DNA of 64,000 bases from Alphaproteobacteria bacterium (GTDB lineage Bacteria; Pseudomonadota; Alphaproteobacteria; UBA8366; CAVOAK01). Numbering within the stretch: the first letter of the stretch is position 1; every line of letters starts with the position of its first letter. The stretch covers positions 6,053-70,052 of the forward strand of contig CBDCIT010000040.1 in assembly GCA_965217615.1 (NCBI GenBank), given 5' to 3'. Shown in pieces: positions 56,713 through 64,000 of this stretch. The translations under genes were made by a program, and so were the position numbers. A model generated the notes under the pieces. That model saw nothing but the letters and a program-made list of their open reading frames with translations, searched no databases and was not told the origin of the DNA.

Positions 56713-57867
56713 ATGAACACCGCATCGGCTGAGATACAAGAGGCACTAGCTGAGATCAGGGGTGTGGGTATTGGCCAGGCAAGAACGCTGCCTACCGAAT
56801 TCTATACCTCTGAGGAATTTCTCGAGGTCGAGCGGGAGGAGATCTTCCGTAAAGAGTGGGTCTGCCTCGGGCGGGTCGAAGAGGTTCCCAATCCCGGGGA
56901 CTACTTCACGACCGAGCTGATCGACGAGCCGCTGATCGTCGTGCGCGGCCAGGACAAGAAGGTGCGCGTGCTCTCAAACGTCTGCCGCCACCGCTCCTCG
57001 GTGATCCTTGAAGGCACGGGCAATGCCAAGAATTTCGTTTGTCCGTACCATGCCTGGACCTATGCCAACGACGGCCAGCTCCTGCGCGCGCCCTACATGG
57101 ACAAGGTCAAAGGGTTCCAGGTCAAGAACTGCCGACTTCCCGAGTTTGCAACCGAGGTCTGGCATGGCTTCGTCTACGTGAACCTCGACGGCAAGGCGAA
57201 GCCGCTGGCCCCCCGGCTAAAGGGACTCGAGCCCTACGTGCGGAACTACCACGCCGAGCAGATGGTCCGTCAGTTCGTCTATGAGGATGTGTGGAACACG
57301 AACTGGAAGTGCCTGACGGAGAATTTCATGGAGGGCTACCACCTGAGCGTGACGCACATAAATTCGCTGCACAAGATCACGCCGACGCGGCTCTGCGAGA
57401 AGATCCCGGGCGGAGAGGGCTACACTGGCTACAAGTCCCATTACGATCCCAAGTTCCCACAACGCAAGCCCTATCATGCGGACGTGACCGACGCGGAGAA
57501 GCGCTACTCGATGATGTATTGCATTTATCCCTCGCACGTCGTCGGCCTGACACCAAACGGCGTCATTTATATGTGCCTCCGTCCGCGCGCGGCGGATCAA
57601 GTGGTGACACGCTGGGGCTATGCGTCCTTCGATCCGAAGCCGTCGCGCAAGGCGGTCAAGGTGTCGTTGGATCTCTATCACGCGATTAATCGGGAAGACC
57701 GGGAGAAGCTGGAAAGTTTGCAGCGGGGACTGCAGTCGCGATTTGCGACGCAGAGTCCGCTTGGGCCGCCTGATCTCGAAGGGCCGGTCTGGGATATTTA
57801 CCAGTATTTGGCGGAAAAGTTGACGCCTGAGAGCACGCAAAGACCCCGACTGCGCCGCGCCTCCTGA
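56713..57867 (+). CDS. Rieske non-haem-iron oxygenase, paralogue P4 (intact)
   Basis: ATG after GGAGAG. Contains CRHRSS..CPYHAWTY and ENFMEGYHLSVTH. Ends ..RPRLRRAS. Confidence 0.88.
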   Translation: MNTASAEIQEALAEIRGVGIGQARTLPTEFYTSEEFLEVEREEIFRKEWVCLGRVEEVPNPGDYFTTELIDEPLIVVRGQDKKVRVLSNVCRHRSSVILEGTGNAKNFVCPYHAWTYANDGQLLRAPYMDKVKGFQVKNCRLPEFATEVWHGFVYVNLDGKAKPLAPRLKGLEPYVRNYHAEQMVRQFVYEDVWNTNWKCLTENFMEGYHLSVTHINSLHKITPTRLCEKIPGGEGYTGYKSHYDPKFPQRKPYHADVTDAEKRYSMMYCIYPSHVVGLTPNGVIYMCLRPRAADQVVTRWGYASFDPKPSRKAVKVSLDLYHAINREDREKLESLQRGLQSRFATQSPLGPPDLEGPVWDIYQYLAEKLTPESTQRPRLRRAS

Positions 57868-57992
57868 TATTCAGACCACTTGCGCGCTCGCAGCCGTCCT
57901 GGCGCTTGGACTTAGGGCGGAGCTGACCGACTGCTGTTGTCGCCCAAAGGGCCGCTAATTATGCTGCTGCCCTTGGCTAAAGAGGGGTAGGC

Positions 57993-59120
57993 GTGCGCAC
58001 ATATGATACCGTAGTCGTCGGCGGCGGACTGGTCGGCATGGCCGTCGCTTACGGGCTGGCGCGACGCGGGATCGCCGTTGCTGTGGCCGATGAAGGCGAT
58101 GCGGCTTATCGGGCGGCCCGCGGCAATTTCGCGCTGGTTTGGGTCCACGGGAAAGGCGGCGGCCTGCCACGATATGCAAGCTGGACTCGCGCTTCAGCGG
58201 ACCTGTGGCCGGCATTCGCAGACGAACTCAAAAACCGCACAGAAATCGATGTCGCTTATTCCAAGCGAGGCGGGGTCCATATTTGCTTTTCCGATGACGA
58301 GATGGCGGCTCAGCAGGCGCGCCTCGAACGCGTCGCATCCGAGGCCGAGCCGTCCAACATCAACCCCGGTGTAGAATTCGAAATGCTCGACCGGCCGGCG
58401 CTCGATAAGCTGATGCCCGGCTTGGGGCCGGACGTGGTCGGCGCCTCCTTCAGCGCCATCGACGGTCATGTCAATTCGCTTCTGCTCCACGAGGCGCTGC
58501 TCAAGGGATTTCAGGGTCTTGGCGGTCAATACCTGCCGGACCACCGTGTCCTCGATATCAATCCTCGGGGGGGTGGATTTGCGCTCAAAGTCGGCATGAG
58601 TGAAATCGGCAGCTCCCGCATCGTGCTCGCGGGCGGTGTCGCCAACGCTTGGCTCGGCCCGATGATCGGCATGGACGTGCCGGTCGCGCCGTTGCGCGGT
58701 CAAATCCTCATTACCGAGCGGCTCGAGCCATTGTTCGACATTCCGACCAGCCTGATGCGTCAGACCGACGAGGGAACAGTTATGCTGGGTGACACCCGCG
58801 AGGATGTCGGGCTCAACGAAGGGACGACGCTGCACGGTCTCGCCAAGATCGCCGCAAACGGTGTGCGGACGTTCCCCTTCCTTGCCCAGGCGCGGCTGGT
58901 ACGTTCTTGGGCGGCGTTGCGGCCGATGCCGCAGGACACCTATTCCATATACTCACGTTCGCGCGAACACGCGAACGCATTTGTCGTCAACTGCCATAGC
59001 GGTGTCACATTGGCAGCGGTTCATGCAGAGCACCTTGCCGCATGGATTGCGGGCGAGGATGTGACCCCCGGCGTCGATCCCTTTTCGTTGGACCGATTCG
59101 ATGTTCAAACGGCTGCGTGA
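57993..59120 (+). CDS. FAD-dependent oxidoreductase (DAO family; HcnC / opine-oxidase-B / D-hydroxyproline-dehydrogenase beta-like)
   Basis: GTG start after AGAGGGG. Dinucleotide fold YDTVVVGGGLVGMAVAYGLARRG. Confidence 0.8.
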   Translation: MRTYDTVVVGGGLVGMAVAYGLARRGIAVAVADEGDAAYRAARGNFALVWVHGKGGGLPRYASWTRASADLWPAFADELKNRTEIDVAYSKRGGVHICFSDDEMAAQQARLERVASEAEPSNINPGVEFEMLDRPALDKLMPGLGPDVVGASFSAIDGHVNSLLLHEALLKGFQGLGGQYLPDHRVLDINPRGGGFALKVGMSEIGSSRIVLAGGVANAWLGPMIGMDVPVAPLRGQILITERLEPLFDIPTSLMRQTDEGTVMLGDTREDVGLNEGTTLHGLAKIAANGVRTFPFLAQARLVRSWAALRPMPQDTYSIYSRSREHANAFVVNCHSGVTLAAVHAEHLAAWIAGEDVTPGVDPFSLDRFDVQTAA

Positions 59121-59391
59121 GGGACCCACTGTCAGGGTCACAATCGACGAAGCCGACGTCGCGGTCCCGGCAGGCGTGAGCGTTGCCGCGGCGATTCTGC
59201 TCAACAACCTCGGCCATTGCCGCACGACACCGATCTCCGGAGAGCCTCGCGCGCCCTACTGTATGATGGGCGTGTGCTTTGAGTGCCTGATGGAAATTGA
59301 TGGCGAAGCCAACCGTCAGGCCTGCCTGGTCACGGTCGCGGAGGGGATGAAAATTGGGCGGCAGTTGGGTGCGTCGGCCCTGAAGCCATGA
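59101..59391 (+). CDS. small (2Fe-2S)-binding protein (HcnA-like)
   Basis: 96 aa with RAPYCMMGVCFECLMEIDGEANRQAC. Overlaps both neighbouring genes. Confidence 0.75.
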   Translation: MFKRLREGPTVRVTIDEADVAVPAGVSVAAAILLNNLGHCRTTPISGEPRAPYCMMGVCFECLMEIDGEANRQACLVTVAEGMKIGRQLGASALKP

Positions 59392-60797
59392 ACGAGCGCT
59401 GTGCGCTTGCGGTGATCGGCGCTGGGCCGGCGGGGCTTGCTGCAGCCGCAACCGCGGCGGAATTGGGTGCGCAGGTCGTGTTGTTTGACGAGCAGACAGC
59501 GCCAGGCGGGCAAATGTATCGGGGCGTCGAGACCGCCGATAACACGGACCATGAAATTCTCGGTCACGACTATGGTCGCGGTGCAGCGCTTGCTCGATCA
59601 TTCCGGGACAGCGGCGCCGGCTACCGCGATAAAAGTGACATCTGGACCGTTACGCCCGAGCGCCAAGTCGGCGTGATTTCGTCTGGCAGTGCCAGCATAA
59701 TCGAAGCGGAGCAAATCATCATCGCCACGGGCAGCATGGAACGGGCTGTGCCTTTTCCCGGTTGGACGCTGCCCGGTGTGATGACAGCTGGCGCGGGCCA
59801 GATTCTGTTGAAGCAGGAAGGCATGGTGCCGGATGGTACGACGCCCGGCGGCGGCGTTGTGCTGGCGGGGAGTGGGCCCCTTCTGGTTCTGGTGGCCTGC
59901 CAGTATCTTCGCGCCGGCGTTGCCATACAGGCGATGCTCGACATGACGCCGCGCGGCGCCCATCTGCGGGCCCTTCTGCATCTTCCTCTGGCGTTGACCG
60001 CCGGCGCGTATATCGCGTCGGGGCTGTCGCTCAAAAGCGAGTTGAGCCAGGCTGAGGTGCCAATCATTTCCGGCGTTACCAAAATTGTGGCGAGCGGTAG
60101 CGATCGCCTTACGGCCGTCGAATACATTGTGGGACGTCACCGGGGGACGCTGGAAACAGGCATGCTGATGGTTCATTTCGGCATTGTCCCCAATGGCCAT
60201 CTCGCTGCGGCGCTTGGCGTGGAAGAAATCTGGGATCGCCGTCAGCTTTGTTGGCGGCCATCGACCGACATATGGGGCGCGACCAATCTCGAAGGGATTG
60301 CAGTTGCGGGAGATTGCGCGGGGATCACCGGGGCGCGTGCTGCTGAATTTTCGGGCCGGCTCGCGGCGTTGCAGGCGGCATGTGAGTTGGGCCTCATCAG
60401 CGCGGATGAACGCGATCGGCAAGCCGCACCCGTGCGCCGGGAATTGAAGCGCGATTTGCGCATCCGGCCGTTTCTGGAAACGCTCTTCACGCCGCCCGCT
60501 TGGATGCTGGCAAAGATGGTTGACGATACCGTCGTCTGCCGTTGTGAGGAGGTCACCGCAGGCCGCCTGCGCGAAGCCGTCGCGCTCGGCTGCCAAGGGC
60601 CCAATCAAGTGAAGGCATTTACCCGCGCGGGCATGGGTCCATGCCAAGGACGACAGTGTGGCCTTGCCGTATCGCATATCGTCGCTGAAGCCCGCGGCGT
60701 TGAGGTCGAGACAGTCGGTCGATTCCGCGCACGGCCGCCGGTCAAGCCGATCACATTGGGCGCGCTGGCGACTCTCGATGTCGATGTCGTTGAATAG
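59388..60797 (+). CDS. NAD(P)/FAD-dependent oxidoreductase with BFD-like [2Fe-2S] domain (HcnB / opine-oxidase-A-like)
   Basis: Contains LAVIGAGPAGLAAAATAAELGAQVVLFDE and VVCRCEEVTAGRLREAV..GMGPCQGRQCG. Confidence 0.8.
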   Translation: MNERCALAVIGAGPAGLAAAATAAELGAQVVLFDEQTAPGGQMYRGVETADNTDHEILGHDYGRGAALARSFRDSGAGYRDKSDIWTVTPERQVGVISSGSASIIEAEQIIIATGSMERAVPFPGWTLPGVMTAGAGQILLKQEGMVPDGTTPGGGVVLAGSGPLLVLVACQYLRAGVAIQAMLDMTPRGAHLRALLHLPLALTAGAYIASGLSLKSELSQAEVPIISGVTKIVASGSDRLTAVEYIVGRHRGTLETGMLMVHFGIVPNGHLAAALGVEEIWDRRQLCWRPSTDIWGATNLEGIAVAGDCAGITGARAAEFSGRLAALQAACELGLISADERDRQAAPVRRELKRDLRIRPFLETLFTPPAWMLAKMVDDTVVCRCEEVTAGRLREAVALGCQGPNQVKAFTRAGMGPCQGRQCGLAVSHIVAEARGVEVETVGRFRARPPVKPITLGALATLDVDVVE

Positions 60798-60818
60798 GAG
60801 ATCGGCGCACGGGCCATA

Positions 60819-62210
60819 TCAGTTCTTATCGGCAAAGGAGGCAGCAATCTCCAATATTTTTTCGCCAAAATATGACAAGCGGCGGTCCAGCTCTTGTTTT
60901 GCGCTGTCTAGGTTGATTCTGGCCACCTCATCGCCGACGGCACGGATCACATCTGCATCTTCGCCGAGGCTGTCCGGCAGCATGACTACGGTGTCTGCGC
61001 TATAGGTCGGCACGATGCCGCGTTTATCTCGCTTCGGCGGTGCGATCGGCTTGCCGCGGCGTAGCTGCTCGATGCCGCGGCGCACCAGTCTGCGCAGCGT
61101 CGCCACGCCGCGGTCGGCGGCGTTCAGGTTCTCCAGATCGTGAATCGCGATCGGCCGCTGGCCGACGATCGCTTCGTAATCTCCCGGGACCCGCTGGCGC
61201 TCTTCGTAGGGCCGCTCATCTTCGGTCTGACCGATGAAGTCGATTTTGTCTTTGCCCACAGCTTTCTTGTCGCCTTTGTGATCAGGATCGACGCGATCGT
61301 TGAAATGGCGCCAGCCGATGACATGGGTGTGCTGGTCGTCGATCGCTCGCATCCAGCGCGTAAGACTCACGCGCTGGAAATGCTTTTCGTCCTCGCCGGT
61401 CTCCCAGAGGGCGGTCGCCTGATTGATGTTCGGCAGGATAATTTCGCCGCCGGTACGCACCCAGACTCGGCCTTTCCAGCCGCGCGAGATGACGCTCAAC
61501 ATGCCAAGCGGCGTGCGCACATGTTCGTGGATCGGCATTTGTCCCCAGTTGGGTGAGAACTGTGCCCCGCTCACGCGGGTGTGTAGAAAAACACTGTGGG
61601 TCGGATCCTGGAAGTTCTCGATCACTTGCAGCCAGTTGCAGGGCATGTGGAGCGAGAACGGAACCATCTCGTTGTCCGGCTCGACGAAGGTGTCGAGGAT
61701 CGGGAAATCCGGCGCATCCTCGGGCGGTCCCATGTAGGCAAAGACGATGCCTTGATACTCGTGGGTCCGGTAGGCCGCGTGATAGAGCTGGCCTGCGGCC
61801 TTGCTGGTCGGGTCGTTGGGCGTCTCGATGATGCGCCCGTCGGTGGCATAGTGCCAGCCGTGGTAGCAGCAGACGATGCCCTGATCGGAAGGCAGGCCGT
61901 ATTCCAGCGAGGCGCCGCGGTGTGAGCAGTGACGCTCCAAAAGACCGAGCTCACCCTGGCGGGTGCGGAACAACACCAGGTCCTCGCCCAGCATGCGCAC
62001 GTTGAGCGGCAACTCGCCAAGCTCGGAGGACAGCGCCACCGGCTGCCAGAAGCGCCGTAAATACTCGCCCCCCGGCGTCCCCGCACCGACATGCGTAAGC
62101 TCCGCGTCCTCGCTGACCCCACGCCTGGCGTGGTAACCGCCAAAACCGCCGCGCGGTCGCTGTGCATTTTGTTGCGCCTTCTTTCCCAAATACAGCCTCC
62201 TGAATTCCAT
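60819..62210 (-). CDS. Rieske non-haem-iron oxygenase alpha-type subunit (distinct lineage from P1-P4)
   Basis: Contains CSHRGASLEYG..CCYHGWHY. ATG 62210 was chosen as the start. About 463 aa. Confidence 0.8.
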   Translation of the reverse strand: MEFRRLYLGKKAQQNAQRPRGGFGGYHARRGVSEDAELTHVGAGTPGGEYLRRFWQPVALSSELGELPLNVRMLGEDLVLFRTRQGELGLLERHCSHRGASLEYGLPSDQGIVCCYHGWHYATDGRIIETPNDPTSKAAGQLYHAAYRTHEYQGIVFAYMGPPEDAPDFPILDTFVEPDNEMVPFSLHMPCNWLQVIENFQDPTHSVFLHTRVSGAQFSPNWGQMPIHEHVRTPLGMLSVISRGWKGRVWVRTGGEIILPNINQATALWETGEDEKHFQRVSLTRWMRAIDDQHTHVIGWRHFNDRVDPDHKGDKKAVGKDKIDFIGQTEDERPYEERQRVPGDYEAIVGQRPIAIHDLENLNAADRGVATLRRLVRRGIEQLRRGKPIAPPKRDKRGIVPTYSADTVVMLPDSLGEDADVIRAVGDEVARINLDSAKQELDRRLSYFGEKILEIAASFADKN

Positions 62211-62237
62211 CAAGCACAACTTGCGAACGGTACGGCG

Positions 62238-63098
62238 TTAGGACTCATCAGCGATCGAATTGATCAGCGTACCGACGCCGGTGACTTCCACACTGACTGT
62301 GTCTCCAGGCTTGAGAAATACCGTCGGGTCTCGTCTGAAACCAACACCACCAGCCGTGCCGGTGCTGATCACATCGCCGGGACTGAGCGGATACATTGTT
62401 GAGAGATAGGCGATCAGCCTCTCAATTCTGAATAGCATCAGCTCTATAGAGGCGTTCTGCATAACCTCGCCGTTGAGCCGTGTCGTCAGGGTTTGGCCAT
62501 ATGGATCGCCCACTTCGTCTGCGGTCGCGAGCCATGGACCAAATCCGCCTGTCGCGCTGAAATTCTTGCCTGGGCCGAACTGCGATGTGTGACGTTGCCA
62601 ATCGCGAATGGTGCCGTCGTTGTAGCAAGCATAGCCGGCGACGTGGGATAGGGCTTCGGCTTCACCGATATGCCGGCCGCCGACGCCGATTACAACGGCG
62701 AGCTCGCCCTCGAAGTCGAACATCTCTGACGCCTTTGGCCGTATCATTGGCTGCAGGTGCCCGACCTGGCTGGCGGCGATGCGGAGGAAGAACGTCGGCT
62801 GTTCGCTTACCGGCGATCCGGTTTCTTCGCGGTGCGACGCATAGTTCAGCCCGACGCACCAGATGGCGGGAGGCTCGGGAATGACAGGATCGAGAACCAC
62901 GTCGTTGATCTTGAGATCGCCGTTCTTTCCTGCCGTAGCCGCCCGGGCAGCGTCGAGGCCAGCTGGGCCTAGTTCCAGGAGACCCCGGAGCGTGTGCGGC
63001 AGGTCGGGTTGCACGTCGGCAAGTGCGACGAAGCGTTGGTTGTCGACCATGATTCCAATGCCGGTATCTCCGTTTCGGCGGTAGGAAATTAGGCGCAC
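62238..63098 (-). CDS. fumarylacetoacetate hydrolase (FAH) family protein
   Basis: 286 aa, GTG start after GGAG. Contains IWCVGLNYASH, FDFEGELAVVIG and PGDVISTGTAGGVG. Confidence 0.85.
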   Translation of the reverse strand: MRLISYRRNGDTGIGIMVDNQRFVALADVQPDLPHTLRGLLELGPAGLDAARAATAGKNGDLKINDVVLDPVIPEPPAIWCVGLNYASHREETGSPVSEQPTFFLRIAASQVGHLQPMIRPKASEMFDFEGELAVVIGVGGRHIGEAEALSHVAGYACYNDGTIRDWQRHTSQFGPGKNFSATGGFGPWLATADEVGDPYGQTLTTRLNGEVMQNASIELMLFRIERLIAYLSTMYPLSPGDVISTGTAGGVGFRRDPTVFLKPGDTVSVEVTGVGTLINSIADES

Positions 63099-63372
63099 GT
63101 GTTTACTCCAAAGCTAGGACGGTGCCGTCCTTTAAGGCCTTGCCGCCGGCACTTCAACTCCAATCGTCGATGGAATTTCGCGTCGTGGAGAAGATCATCA
63201 CAATTCAGCGAGCGCCAGGGTTGCGACAACATGAAACGCTTTTTTCATACTATCATTCATTCCAAGAGTGAGTATACTCCGCGCCTCATTTTGGAGGCAC
63301 GGGATTTGGTAGGCCGCGCGCCGGAGCAGCGACGCTGGGCCTGACAGACGCCAATATCGGGAGATCGAACAG

Positions 63373-64000
63373 ATGGCGGCAGACGCTAACGCGCAAAACA
63401 TTATCGAGCTAGAGGGTGTCGGCAAGTGGTTCGGCAACTTCCAAGCACTTCGCGACATCAATCTTCAGGTCGCGCAAGGCGAACGGATGGTTGTCTGTGG
63501 CCCCTCGGGTTCGGGTAAGTCCACGATGATCCGGTTGATCAACCGTTTGGAGGTGCACCAGCAGGGAAAGATCACTGTCGATGGAATTGAGCTGACTGAA
63601 GACATGAAGAACGTCACGGCGGTCCGCCGTGAAGTCGGTATTGTGTTCCAGAACTTCAATCTGTTTCCGCATCTGACGGTGCTTGAAAATTTGATGCTGG
63701 CGCCAGTGCGCGCCCGCGGTATGGGTAAGAAGGAATCCGAAGAACTGGCAATGCGCTATCTCGAGCGGGTCCATATCCCTGAACAGGCGGCAAAATTTCC
63801 GACCGCTTTGTCGGGCGGTCAGCAACAGCGCGTGGCGATTGCACGGTCGCTGTGCATGGAACCAAAGATCATGCTGTTTGACGAACCGACGTCGGCGCTC
63901 GATCCAGAGATGATCAAAGAGGTACTCGATGTGATGGTCGAGCTGGCCCAGAGCGGCATGACGATGATCGTTGTGACCCACGAGATGGGCTTCGCCAAAA
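63373..64000 (+). CDS. polar-amino-acid-type ABC transporter ATP-binding protein (partial, runs off window end)
   Basis: Not in the ORF track because it has no stop. ATG 63373. Walker [11 protein letters not shown]-loop [13 protein letters not shown], signature [15 protein letters not shown], Walker [13 protein letters not shown]. Confidence 0.88.
   Translation, partial: MAADANAQNIIELEGVGKWFGNFQALRDINLQVAQGERMVVCGPSGSGKSTMIRLINRLEVHQQGKITVDGIELTEDMKNVTAVRREVGIVFQNFNLFPHLTVLENLMLAPVRARGMGKKESEELAMRYLERVHIPEQAAKFPTALSGGQQQRVAIARSLCMEPKIMLFDEPTSALDPEMIKEVLDVMVELAQSGMTMIVVTHEMGFAK

Noticed and set aside
63116-63131. Palindrome AGGACGG-TG-CCGTCCT just upstream of the FAH start as an operator
   Set aside because: It is a single 7-bp inverted repeat with no second copy or known regulator in the window, so it could be chance.

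Overview
High-GC (about 60%) proteobacterial accessory region. The gene content looks alphaproteobacterial/Rhizobiales-like, but that is inference only. Roughly 28% of the 64 kb is mobile DNA. There are three near-identical IS256-family copies (1..1329 partial, 17027..18420, 29949..31342). There are three 1,444-bp IS5/IS1182-like copies: copy A, split into 20399..21319 + 28980..29510; copy B, 23470..24913; copy C, 53913..55356. There is also one IS5-group element (5189..6476), one ISNCY/IS1202-like element (47169..48526) and one IS1031-like element (49987..50929). A 7.66-kb IS66-family element (21320..28979) is itself interrupted by IS5/IS1182-like copy B and by a group II intron (25663..28144). 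Between the mobile elements lie: an ECF sigma module; oligopeptidase B; a small-molecule catabolic cluster (amidohydrolase-2, VOC, DMT, flavin reductase, RidA, PuuE-like deacetylase, SDR); a MATE pump; CoA-transferase A/B; a fused CydDC-like exporter; an ABC importer without an ATPase; two M19 dipeptidase paralogues; TauD; four paralogous Rieske oxygenases plus a fifth distinct one; an HcnABC/opine-oxidase-like trio; HGD-like and FAH genes; and two class III nucleotide cyclases. At least a dozen genes are IS-interrupted, truncated or frameshifted. Most insertions can be excised in silico to restore open frames, which fixes their boundaries to the base. The best candidate for new biology is the IS66-family element. 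It has no tnpA/tnpB. It encodes an 897-aa transposase with a long repetitive coiled-coil N-terminus, followed by an overlapping DUF4338 (DruA-like) gene carried inside the inverted repeats. Other notable items: an in-frame chimeric group II intron RT with two YADD motifs; a 98%-identical conversion tract confined to the Rieske domain of two otherwise divergent oxygenase paralogues; an in-frame heptanucleotide expansion next to an iron ligand; and an IS1202-like element with an 18-bp target duplication inactivated by a 10-bp tandem duplication. All family assignments come from motif recognition by eye; no searches were run.
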